Virus record (IMG/VR): IMGVR_UViG_3300048855_000073
Span: 1 to 44,051 of that record
Origin: a virus
Lineage: Duplodnaviria; Caudoviricetes
Length of the DNA: 44,051 nt
Strand: one strand, 5' to 3'
Shown here: positions 34,868 through 43,474 of the stretch, piece by piece
Position numbering within the stretch: the first letter of the stretch is position 1
Layout: every line of letters starts with the position of its first letter
Position numbers and translations under genes: made by a program
Notes under the pieces: model-generated
What the model saw: only the letters and a program-made list of their open reading frames with translations
What the model was told of the DNA's origin: nothing
Database searches by the model: none

Positions 34868-35968
34868 ATGTCGGGCAGTTTGCCTGCTGACGTGATCCTC
34901 GAGCCGCGCCTTGGCCCCAGGAGCTCGAAGAACCGCGGGCGCACCACAGTCGGCAGCGCCCAGCCCGTCTACTTCGACGTGCGCGACCGCAACACCGGGG
35001 ACCTGGTGCCCGGCGCGACGGGCGTGGCGGGCATCTACTGGCTGCCCGGGACGGTGGGCCAGGACAGCGAGGCGCAGCCGCTCTCGCTGGTGGAGATCTC
35101 GCCGGGCACCTGGATGGGCCTGGTGCCCGTCGACCTGCCCGGCACCTTCACGGTCTGGGGCTCGATCGAGACGCCCAGCCGGCAGACGGCGGAGATCGTC
35201 TTCGACGCGACCAGCCTGGGCAATATCCCGGTCAGCACCGGCACGCCGGCCTACTCGGCCGTGCAGGCCGTCGCCGCGGCGGCCGCGGCTTCGGCAACGG
35301 CCTGGCTCAACCGGCACCTGCAGCCGCAGATCGACGGCCAGGCAGATCGGCTGGCCGCCCTCGAAGCTCTGACCAGCTACGTCGAGCCGGTGATCGCGGC
35401 CTTTGCCGCCGCGCCATCCCTGCTGGAAGTCGGCGCCTCCGCCGCCTCCGTCACCCTGACGGTCACGCGCAACCGCATGGACCTGCCGGTGACCATCACC
35501 GGATCCAGCACGGCCACAATCCCGGCGGGCGAGCCCAGCGTGGCGGTGCCCGGCCCCTTCACGGCCGCGGCCGCCTGGACCGCGACGGTCACGGATCCGG
35601 CGCCGCCGCCGGGACAGAACCCGACCGCTACCGCGCCGGCCGCCCTGGCTTTCCGGCTGCGCTCCTACCGCGGCGCTGTCGCCTCGCCGGCGCCCAGCGA
35701 TGCGGAGATCCGGGCGCTGGCGGATGCGCTCGGGACGGGGCGCGTGATCCGCGAAACGACGATCGACTGCGGATCCGGCGCCTACATCGTGCTGGTCTTT
35801 CCGACCGCCTGGGGCGCAGCGCCCGACACGATCGATCTCTACGGCCTGCCGGTCGACGCGATCTCCGTCACGCAGCGCGCCGTGGTCAACGCCGCCGGCG
35901 CCGCAATCCCCTGCCACGTCATCGTCACCAGCAGCCAGCAGTACGGCGCGGTGCCCGCGAGGATGTAA
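34868..35968 (+). CDS. Putative tail/virion protein
   Basis: GGAG SD; Thr/Ala/Pro-rich Ig-like segments. Confidence 0.6.
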   Translation: MSGSLPADVILEPRLGPRSSKNRGRTTVGSAQPVYFDVRDRNTGDLVPGATGVAGIYWLPGTVGQDSEAQPLSLVEISPGTWMGLVPVDLPGTFTVWGSIETPSRQTAEIVFDATSLGNIPVSTGTPAYSAVQAVAAAAAASATAWLNRHLQPQIDGQADRLAALEALTSYVEPVIAAFAAAPSLLEVGASAASVTLTVTRNRMDLPVTITGSSTATIPAGEPSVAVPGPFTAAAAWTATVTDPAPPPGQNPTATAPAALAFRLRSYRGAVASPAPSDAEIRALADALGTGRVIRETTIDCGSGAYIVLVFPTAWGAAPDTIDLYGLPVDAISVTQRAVVNAAGAAIPCHVIVTSSQQYGAVPARM

Positions 35969-38556
35969 TGAGCGACACCATTGATGGCGATTACAGCCCG
36001 GGCACCCGCGCGGCTGAACCCCTCTCTGCGCCTGCCGGCTCCAAGCGGCCGACCCACCGCGCGCGCCTCGGCCGCGGCGGCCACAAGTCCTTTGCCACGC
36101 ATGCCGAGATGCTGGGCTACCCGGCACAGTTCCCGGAGCGCTGCGAACCCGGCATGACGGCGCGTGTGGCCCGTTCCGAGCCGGACGACGCGCTGCGCGG
36201 GACCTATGTCTGGGAGGACGGCGCCTGGTCGCCGGAACAGGCCAGGCTGGAAGCCAAGGCCGCTGCCCTCGACGCCCATGTCTCCGCCTTGCAGCAGGGC
36301 CAGACCAGCGACCGCATCACCGCGACGTCCTGGGCCGAGCTGCAGGCCAAGCCCGGCGCCTTCGCCGGCCAGGGCGGTGAGGTGGTTGGCCTGCTGGGCA
36401 CCACGCATATGGACCCGGCCAGCGGCACCGTGGTTTCGGATGGCGGCGTCTATGCCTGGTCGACCGCGCCCGCGCGCTGGGATCGCATTGGCGACAATGC
36501 TGCGCAGCTGGTGGCCTCCCGGGTGGCCAGCGATGTGGCAACGGCCGTGCAGCCGCTGGATGCCCGCCTCAGCAGCCGCGAGCAGCAGATCGACAACGCG
36601 CTGATCGATGCGCGCAAGGCCAAGCTGGTCCTTGGGCGCCAGGGCCGGCGGTCCGGTAAGCTGTCCAACCTCTTCCCGCTGATCGCGGTCGGCGGACGCA
36701 ACATCCTCTACCAGGACGTCTTCGGGCGCCTGCGGGCCATCTTCACCCCCTCCACCGTGGCCGATATCCAGGCCGCCCTCACCGCATTCCCCCGGATCGG
36801 CCTGGATGGGCGCATCCCCTTCGGCATCAAGACCCCGGCGGGCAGCACCGGCCGCGGCGGCGGGATCGCAAGCGGGGTAATCCCCGTGATCCGGGATGGC
36901 CAGAACAAGGCCCCGATCACGCGGGATCGGTACTGGCGGCTGGACTTCGTCCCGACGCCTGGCCACGTCGCGCGGATGGCTCTGCTGCTGGCTGGGAAGT
37001 TCCTGACCCCCGACGCCAACAACAGGGTGACGGTGGCAGGCATCAAGGCCAGCCTCCCGCGAAAGTCCCGGCGCTCCGGGCCGCTCTCGAAGTGGCAGAC
37101 GGTCATGGAGCTGGGCGGGCGGCAGTTTCTGCGCGCGGATGCTCAGGGCCGGGCGATGCTCACCCCGGCCCCGGAACTGATCCAGGACCTCAAGAACGCG
37201 ATCGGCGCCAGCAGCAGCCAGCAGCCTCTGACAAGCCTGCGTGGAGGTTTTAACCCGTATTCGGTGGAACTGCTGCCGGATGGGCGGACCTTCGCCCTGC
37301 TGCAGGAAAAGGGCCGGACGTTCAGCGTTCACCAGCGGAATGACGTCGCTTCGGAAATGGCGTTGGCCAACGGCCCCGGGCCTATCCGGGTGATCTTGGT
37401 CCATGGCCAGAGCAACGCCTTCAGGGCGGGGACCACGGGCGAGAACCCGTTCCACGAGAGGATGTGGCCGCACCACGCCTTTTCCTTCACCTGGGGGGAA
37501 GGCGCGCAGAACAACATTGTGGTCAACCCCAACGTGCTGACGGATTTTGCGCCGCTGCAGCCCAACAATGAGCTTGGCCTGTCCATGGCCGACGCTACGG
37601 CATTCGCGCTGGAGCAGTTCCTGCTGGACGATGAAAAGCCGTCTACCAGCACGGGCGTTTGGACGGCCAACTGGCCCGGCAACCCGATCACCAACATGAT
37701 GCCCGGGACGCGCATCTACACGAACCTGATGCTCGGCCTGGACCAGATGATCGCGGTAGCGCGGCAGAAGTATCAGCGCGACGTGGAAGTGATCGCGCAT
37801 ATTTACTGTCAGGGGGAGACCGACAGCGATAATTACGCGGTGGATCTGACCACGCTGATGGCCGCCGTGAAGACCGACAGCCAGGCCAAGACTGGCCAGT
37901 CCTACCCGCCCCGCACCATCCTGATGCAGATCAACGTGACGGATAACAAATCCGTCCCGATGCCGGTGCCGCAGATCCAATACGAGTACGCCAAGGCGAA
38001 CCCGTTGGTTTCGCTCCAGCCGATGTATTACACGCCGCTTCGGGTCGAAGATCAGATCCACGGCATCTGGACGGGGAAGTTGATGAACGGCGAGCGCATG
38101 GCCGCCGACCTCATGAACCAACTCTTCGGCGACGGGCTTCCGCAGCGGTTCTGGCCGACCAGCATTGTCCGAACCGATAACGTGATCCGGCTCACCTATC
38201 CCTATCCGGTGGCTTGGGATGAGGGCACCGGAACCGGCGGCAACGGCTGGGTCAAGCCGAACCCGCAGCGCGGATTTCGATATTTTGGTGATGACAGCGC
38301 AATAGTCTTCGTCACCAGCGTGCAGATCACGGGCACCTATGAAGTGACGGTGACCCTCAGCGCCACGCCAACCGCCGCCAACCGCACCATCGGCTACGCG
38401 CGCGCGGAGAATGGCACGGTGGTCATCGACGGCTGGACCAGCGGCCGCGGTCAGCTCTGCAGCCCGACTGGCCGCAAGAGCCCGTTCCAGCGCATCGGCG
38501 TGCCGATCCCGCCCGAAATTTTCCAGTACGCCGCCGCTTTCGAGGAGCGCATCTGA
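35968..38556 (+). CDS. Tail-associated protein with SGNH (sialate O-acetylesterase-like) domain
   Basis: GQSN (37405), QGE (37810) and DQIH (38050) motifs. Confidence 0.75.
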   Translation: MSDTIDGDYSPGTRAAEPLSAPAGSKRPTHRARLGRGGHKSFATHAEMLGYPAQFPERCEPGMTARVARSEPDDALRGTYVWEDGAWSPEQARLEAKAAALDAHVSALQQGQTSDRITATSWAELQAKPGAFAGQGGEVVGLLGTTHMDPASGTVVSDGGVYAWSTAPARWDRIGDNAAQLVASRVASDVATAVQPLDARLSSREQQIDNALIDARKAKLVLGRQGRRSGKLSNLFPLIAVGGRNILYQDVFGRLRAIFTPSTVADIQAALTAFPRIGLDGRIPFGIKTPAGSTGRGGGIASGVIPVIRDGQNKAPITRDRYWRLDFVPTPGHVARMALLLAGKFLTPDANNRVTVAGIKASLPRKSRRSGPLSKWQTVMELGGRQFLRADAQGRAMLTPAPELIQDLKNAIGASSSQQPLTSLRGGFNPYSVELLPDGRTFALLQEKGRTFSVHQRNDVASEMALANGPGPIRVILVHGQSNAFRAGTTGENPFHERMWPHHAFSFTWGEGAQNNIVVNPNVLTDFAPLQPNNELGLSMADATAFALEQFLLDDEKPSTSTGVWTANWPGNPITNMMPGTRIYTNLMLGLDQMIAVARQKYQRDVEVIAHIYCQGETDSDNYAVDLTTLMAAVKTDSQAKTGQSYPPRTILMQINVTDNKSVPMPVPQIQYEYAKANPLVSLQPMYYTPLRVEDQIHGIWTGKLMNGERMAADLMNQLFGDGLPQRFWPTSIVRTDNVIRLTYPYPVAWDEGTGTGGNGWVKPNPQRGFRYFGDDSAIVFVTSVQITGTYEVTVTLSATPTAANRTIGYARAENGTVVIDGWTSGRGQLCSPTGRKSPFQRIGVPIPPEIFQYAAAFEERI

Positions 38557-39368
38557 TGGTCAACTACGCACCGATCCAACTGGACGGAACCGTCGAGGGT
38601 GATTTCGTCCCGGTGGTTGACGATCGGGACTGGGAAACGATCCTCCGCGCGCGGTCGGATTTCCGCCGCTGGATCCGGGGTGCCCCCGAGGGGGTGACGC
38701 AAGTGAGTGGACGGGTTTCGGAGGTGCTCGACCTCTCCAACCCCACCACCACCCCTTTGTTCACGCAAGCAACCGCGGCTCTGCGCCCTGTGCTGTCGAA
38801 CCCCGACGTCGAGCTGAGCAGCGCGCTCACCTTCGCGGTGACGAACCGCATGACGCGCGTCGCCGAGCTGGTCGATTTCACGAAGGCCTACACCATGGCC
38901 GCCATCTTTCGGCCGACGAACAAGGAAAGCGCGGAAGCCTACCGCGTGATCGCCGGGGCCCAGGATGGCACCACCAACCGCCATGGCATCCTGGGCGTGC
39001 GCCGCAACCAGACCGACCCCGTGGGCTCGACGGCGACGGTGACCTTCGGGCAGGGCAATGGCAGCATCAACTCCCTTGGCCACGCCTGGGACGCCATGCA
39101 CCTGGCCATCGCTTCGTTCGATGGCGCTAGCCAGCTCGATCTCGACGTCGACAATCTTGCCGCGACGCCGATCACTGTCACATCTGCACTGGCGACCAGC
39201 GCGTATCAGCTTGGGTTTCTTCAGGCCGGCTACGGCTGGGCAGGCGAGATCTTTGACCTGGTGTATTTCCAGGCCGGCAAGTCGACGCAGCTCTACGCGC
39301 AGATAAAAAATTTGGCGAAGAGCGTCTGGCCGGCCTTGCCCTTCACGGCGCCGGATGTACCGGCATGA
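38556..39368 (+). CDS. LamG/concanavalin-like tail-associated protein
   Basis: YT.AAIF.P, H.AIASFDG..L.L.VD, W.GEI motifs; TGATG coupling. Confidence 0.55.
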   Translation: MVNYAPIQLDGTVEGDFVPVVDDRDWETILRARSDFRRWIRGAPEGVTQVSGRVSEVLDLSNPTTTPLFTQATAALRPVLSNPDVELSSALTFAVTNRMTRVAELVDFTKAYTMAAIFRPTNKESAEAYRVIAGAQDGTTNRHGILGVRRNQTDPVGSTATVTFGQGNGSINSLGHAWDAMHLAIASFDGASQLDLDVDNLAATPITVTSALATSAYQLGFLQAGYGWAGEIFDLVYFQAGKSTQLYAQIKNLAKSVWPALPFTAPDVPA

Positions 39369-39778
39369 GCGACCGTGTCGAGAATGGCGGCGCCCCGCTG
39401 TCGCCCTGGCATCCGCGCCACATCCTGCCCTGGTGGCCGGTCATCGTGGCCACCGTCACCGCCCTGATCTGGGTCGTGAGGGTCCAGGTCGGCACCGAGA
39501 AGGTGTTGGAGCGCGTCACCGATGTGCAGGCCAGCATCGCCAGCATGCGGGCCGAGATGGCTATCCTGCCGCGCCTGGCCGCTGATGCGGTGAACCTCGA
39601 CCGCCGGCAGGCGTCGATCGAGAAGCGCCAGGATCTGCAGGAGGAGCGCACCGGCCGCCTGGGCGAGGCGGTGGGCGACCAGCGGCAGGACATGGTCGAC
39701 CTGCGCGGCCAGGTGCGCAGCCTGAATGAGGGCGGCCGCCTGCCGCTGACCCAGCCGGCGGCGCGCTCCGGCCGCTGA
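39365..39778 (+). CDS. Membrane-anchored coiled-coil protein (lysis-region hypothetical)
   Basis: TM-like WWPVIVATVTALIWVV followed by coiled coil. Confidence 0.6.
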   Translation: MSDRVENGGAPLSPWHPRHILPWWPVIVATVTALIWVVRVQVGTEKVLERVTDVQASIASMRAEMAILPRLAADAVNLDRRQASIEKRQDLQEERTGRLGEAVGDQRQDMVDLRGQVRSLNEGGRLPLTQPAARSGR

Positions 39779-39781
39779 CCG

Positions 39782-40021
39782 TTACAAGGTGGGGCGGCTC
39801 CAGGACGTGACGTTCTGGACCATGTAGAGGCAGCGCCCTGAGGCGTCCTTCACCGTCATGACCAGTGGTTCCTGACTGCGGTTCCATCGCCTGTCCCTGG
39901 CCATGTCGCACAAGGTTTCGATCGCCATGGCCAGGGCGTCGTCGGCTGTTTCCAGCTCCGTGCCAACTTGATCTGGGACCGAGCCGTCGTCGTCGGCGTA
40001 GTCGAAGAAGTAGTTCGCCAT
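39782..40021 (-). CDS. DUF6894-like small protein
   Basis: YFFDY.D.....D..G.EL...DDA...A...L.DMA pattern. Confidence 0.75.
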   Translation of the reverse strand: MANYFFDYADDDGSVPDQVGTELETADDALAMAIETLCDMARDRRWNRSQEPLVMTVKDASGRCLYMVQNVTSWSRPTL

Positions 40022-40219
40022 AACTGCTTCCCTGGCTGTGAAAGAACCTGCCGCGCACGCGCTGCGGTAGGCTCCACTACCGGCCCGCTGCCCGTGCGTT
40101 CCCCGGTGCGGGCAAAAAGACTGATTCACTCGCGGCACCTGTAGCGCCGCCTTTCAGCACGGCCGGACATCCATCCCGCCTGCGGCCGGGTCACGCCGCA
40201 GATCCCCCAGGAGATATCC

Positions 40220-40378
40220 ATGCAGACCCAGATTGTCGCAGCCCTGCTGCGCCATGCCCTGACCGCTGCCGGCGTCGCCGGCGTGCTGGAGGGTGATTCC
40301 CTGATCCAGGTCGCCAGCGCCCTGGTGACCCTGGCCACCGTCGCCTGGTCGATCGTGCAGAAGGTCCGCAGCAAGTGA
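40220..40378 (+). CDS. Putative holin (52 aa, two hydrophobic segments)
   Basis: MQTQIVAALLRHALTAAG...VAWSIVQKVRSK; AGGAG SD; GTGA overlap with endolysin; absent from ORF track. Confidence 0.75.
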   Translation: MQTQIVAALLRHALTAAGVAGVLEGDSLIQVASALVTLATVAWSIVQKVRSK

Positions 40379-40908
40379 TCGCGGGCTTGCTGGCTGCCCT
40401 GCTGGGGCTCTTCCGGAGCAAGGCGCAGGCGCAGGCCCCGGCCGCGCCGGAAGCCCCCCTGCCCGCCCCGGTGCCCGTCCAGGCGCCTGCTGCGGCCACC
40501 TGGCCGGTGCTCTCGGGCACCGACCGCGACGTGCTGATCCGCACCCTGTATGGCGAGGCCCGTGGCGAGGCCGAGGCCGGCCAGGTCGCGGTGGTGCATG
40601 TGGTGCGCAACCGGGCCAAGGCCCGCGGTACCGGCGCGGCCGTCGAATGCCAGCGGCCCTGGCAGTTCTCCTGCTGGAACGCGGCCGATCCCAACCGCGC
40701 CGTGATCCTGGCGCTGGCGACCAGCTCGGCCGCCTATCAGCGGCTCGGCCAGGTGGTCGATCGCGCCTGGGCGGCGGCCGATGTCACCGGCGGCGCCCGG
40801 CACTACCATGCCACCAGCATGAAGCCCTTCCCGAGCTGGGCGACGTCCAAGGGGGCGCGGGTCACCGCCACGATTGGCGGGCATGTCTTCTACGCCGGCG
40901 TCGCCTGA
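40375..40908 (+). CDS. Endolysin, SleB/Hydrolase_2 cell wall hydrolase
   Basis: RTLYGEARGE..GQ.AV..V..NR, QFSCWN, GA.HYH, IG.HVFY. Confidence 0.9.
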   Translation: MIAGLLAALLGLFRSKAQAQAPAAPEAPLPAPVPVQAPAAATWPVLSGTDRDVLIRTLYGEARGEAEAGQVAVVHVVRNRAKARGTGAAVECQRPWQFSCWNAADPNRAVILALATSSAAYQRLGQVVDRAWAAADVTGGARHYHATSMKPFPSWATSKGARVTATIGGHVFYAGVA

Positions 40909-40921
40909 CAGCCAGCCGCGG

Positions 40922-41251
40922 TCACGTCGCTTTCGGCAGCGACAGCCATGCTGATCCACGCGTCGTCATGAAGTCGACGTAGCTGGCCTGGTCCTGCAGC
41001 CAGAGGATCAGGTTGCTGACCCCATCAGCCATGGACACCACATAGCCTTTGCCTGGGGGCAGCACCGCCCAGATCTCGATGGATTGCCCCTCGCCCTCGC
41101 CATAGCTGGCGATGCTCGGCGGACCATCCCCATCCAGCGGGAAGAGCGCCTCGAGGGCAATGTCCCACCAGTCCGGGGCCTTGATCTCGGCAAACTTGCC
41201 GAGCGTGGTCCAGGTCAGGATGGGCGCTGGGGTCAAGGGGAACTTCTGCAA
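40922..41251 (-). CDS. Hypothetical protein
   Basis: TTG start with GAGGA SD; downstream of umuC. Confidence 0.55.
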   Translation of the reverse strand: MQKFPLTPAPILTWTTLGKFAEIKAPDWWDIALEALFPLDGDGPPSIASYGEGEGQSIEIWAVLPPGKGYVVSMADGVSNLILWLQDQASYVDFMTTRGSAWLSLPKAT

Positions 41252-41311
41252 CAGCCCGATCCTCGGTGATCGGCGAGACCATGACCCCTACGCCCTTCTG
41301 CGCACAGAGGC

Positions 41312-42571
41312 TCAGAAGTCGCTTACCCGCATGATCTCATCGAGCCGGGTGGTGTAGCGGGGGGAGAGGCGGGTTTGCCGGGTTCGCCAGGGCTTGGCGA
41401 TGCCGGTGGCCAGCGGCCGCAGCGTCCCAGCGCCAAAGCGGGCATTGATCGCGTCCATCGCAGCCATGGACTTTGCCGACTGCACGGGATCCCGGGTGGC
41501 AAACAGGCGCGCCTGCTGCTGCGCCGGCACCAGGTCGTTCAGCATCACGCCCGCCTTGGCGTAGCGGAAGCCGTCGCGCCAGAGCGGCTCCAGCAGCCGC
41601 ACCGCCTCTCCTACCAAAGTCCGGGTGTCGCTGGTCGGCTCGATGCGCGCGGCGCGCTGCGCCGAGTACCAGGCGCTGTCGCTATGCGGATCCGTGTGCA
41701 GGAAGACCGCCAGGTGGCAGGCTTCCAGCCGGTCGGCGCGCAGCTTCTCCGCGGCCCGGGCGGCATAGGAGGCGACGGCTTCCCGCATCGCCTCCCAGGT
41801 GGTCACCGGCTTGCCGAAGGCGCGGGTGCAGGCCAGACCCTTGCGGGTGGCCACCATCTCCTGCAGCTGCAGGCAGGAGGTGCCGCGTAGCTCCGCCTGC
41901 ACCCGGCCGCCGACCACGGTCAGCATGCCGCGCGCCTGGCGCGCATCCAGCGCCACGAAGTCGGCAATCGTCGTCACGCCGACATCGGCGAGCTTTTCCT
42001 GCGTGCGCTTGCCGATGCCCCAGACCTCGCCGACCGGCAGCCGGCCGTACCAGGCCGCGCGCTCGGCCGGGTCCGTCAGGTCGCACAGCCCTTCGAGCTC
42101 CGGATGATCCTTGGCGATGCCATTGGCCAGCTTGGCGATCGTCTTGGTCGGGCCCCAGCCGACGCAGGTGGGGATTTTGGTGATCCGGAGGACCTCCGCC
42201 CGCAGCCGCCGGCAGAAGCCGAGCAGGCGGTAGGGTACATCCAGGTCGAGAAACATCTCGTCGATCGAATAGGGCTCGATGCGCGGCACCCGCGCCGCCA
42301 GCACCTGGTAGACCCGCCGGCTCATATCCCCGTAGAGCGCGTAATTGCTGCTGTACCACTGCACCGGGCGCAGCTCGGCGCGGTCGCGCACCAGGTGCCA
42401 AGCATCGCCCATCTTGATCCCGAGAGCCTTGGCCTCGGCGGTGCGCGCGATCGCACAGCCATCGTTGTTGGAGAGCACCACCACCGGCTGGCCCTGAAGC
42501 TGCGGCGCGAAGGCGCGCTCGCAGCTGGCATAGAAGCTGTTTCCGTCGATCAGGCCGAAGGTGCGGGCCAT
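41312..42571 (-). CDS. umuC: Y-family DNA polymerase V catalytic subunit
   Basis: D.NSFYASCE, VVLSNNDGC.IAR, SSNYALYGDMS, YSIDE, LSPRYTT. Confidence 0.95.
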   Translation of the reverse strand: MARTFGLIDGNSFYASCERAFAPQLQGQPVVVLSNNDGCAIARTAEAKALGIKMGDAWHLVRDRAELRPVQWYSSNYALYGDMSRRVYQVLAARVPRIEPYSIDEMFLDLDVPYRLLGFCRRLRAEVLRITKIPTCVGWGPTKTIAKLANGIAKDHPELEGLCDLTDPAERAAWYGRLPVGEVWGIGKRTQEKLADVGVTTIADFVALDARQARGMLTVVGGRVQAELRGTSCLQLQEMVATRKGLACTRAFGKPVTTWEAMREAVASYAARAAEKLRADRLEACHLAVFLHTDPHSDSAWYSAQRAARIEPTSDTRTLVGEAVRLLEPLWRDGFRYAKAGVMLNDLVPAQQQARLFATRDPVQSAKSMAAMDAINARFGAGTLRPLATGIAKPWRTRQTRLSPRYTTRLDEIMRVSDF

Positions 42572-42581
42572 GCGGCGGCCC

Positions 42582-42971
42582 TCAGAGTTTCCGTATCAGG
42601 TTGACCAGGATGCCCCAAAGCTCGGTGTCATCGGTGACCTGCTGGGGCGCCCGGCCAGGTCGGCCGGACAGGAGCCACCATTGGTTGCTGCGCAGCTCTA
42701 TGGCCGCGATCAGCACCTCACCATGCCGCACAATGACCGCCAGGCTGCCGGAGATCGGCAGCCTGGCGGTGTCGGCGATCAGGATATCCTCGGGCAGAAT
42801 CCCAAAGGCTGGCAGCGGCTCGCCGCCATAGCGCAGCGGGTAGCGATGCGGCCGCCGCAGCTCGAGGACGGCGACCAGGTCGATGGCCTCCTCCAGGTGG
42901 TCACCCGCCGGCGACACAAAGCCGGTGGTCTCCGCGCCGGTATAGCCTCCCGGCGGTTCCTGGCTGGCCAT
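42582..42971 (-). CDS. UmuD-like protein lacking catalytic Ser/Lys
   Basis: GFVSPAGD..E..IDL, GI..EDILI.D, LWGIL...IR align with UmuD; GDSM is replaced by GEPL and VKKL by IAAI. Confidence 0.8.
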   Translation of the reverse strand: MASQEPPGGYTGAETTGFVSPAGDHLEEAIDLVAVLELRRPHRYPLRYGGEPLPAFGILPEDILIADTARLPISGSLAVIVRHGEVLIAAIELRSNQWWLLSGRPGRAPQQVTDDTELWGILVNLIRKL

Positions 42972-42981
42972 GGGGCTGCTG

Positions 42982-43383
42982 TCAGATCTGCTGGCTGGCG
43001 GAGGCGACGGCGCTCCGGGCAGCCTGCAAGGCGGCCAGGGCACGCTCGGAAGCCGCGGCCGCAGCCTTTGCTTCCCGGCCGTCGAGATCCATGTCGTCGA
43101 TCTGGGTGCGGGCGCTTTCCTCGCCCTCCGCCAGCAGCTCCTCCATTTCCTCCAGGCGCTCGCGGATCTCCATGCGCTCCAGCTCGGCCGCGTTGGCCAG
43201 CCAGCTGGCGACGATGCTCTCGACTTCCTGGGTCACCCGGATCGGCGAGGTGCCGCGCGCCACCAGGGCGGCAATACGGCTGAGCGCAATCGGGCCCGGC
43301 TCCGGCGGCCGGGTCGGGTTGGTCGGCGCCGGGCGGGGGGCTTCCTGGCGGGGAGCGGCACTGGTCTTCTTCCTGGTGGCCAT
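42982..43383 (-). CDS. Hypothetical acidic helical protein, first gene of the SOS operon
   Basis: GGAG SD; directly downstream of LexA box. Confidence 0.7.
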   Translation of the reverse strand: MATRKKTSAAPRQEAPRPAPTNPTRPPEPGPIALSRIAALVARGTSPIRVTQEVESIVASWLANAAELERMEIRERLEEMEELLAEGEESARTQIDDMDLDGREAKAAAAASERALAALQAARSAVASASQQI

Positions 43384-43421
43384 CGGGCGTCTCCAGTGGG
43401 GGTCCGCTTTTCTACTACTGA

Positions 43422-43436
43422 GAACATAACGCGAAC
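43422..43436. promoter_or_regulatory. Alphaproteobacterial LexA (SOS) box
   Basis: GAAC-ATAACGC-GAAC (GTTC-N7-GTTC on minus strand). Confidence 0.85.
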
Positions 43437-43474
43437 AAGAGGCACGCTGTTGCCTCCATTGGAGAGATCTTCCC

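Noticed and set aside
15377-38121. Long minus-strand ORFs (15377-17275, 18408-20828, 25877-28423, 31417-33210, 35839-38121 and others)
   Set aside because: Antisense shadows of high-GC structural genes; no recognisable motifs
34046-39368. Invertible tail-fibre cassette or diversity-generating retroelement
   Set aside because: No inverted crossover sites, duplicate fibre ends, TR/VR pair or reverse transcriptase seen by eye
40060-40120. Possible EcfG promoter (GGAAC...) upstream of the DUF6894-like gene
   Set aside because: The -10 element does not match CGTT at the expected spacing
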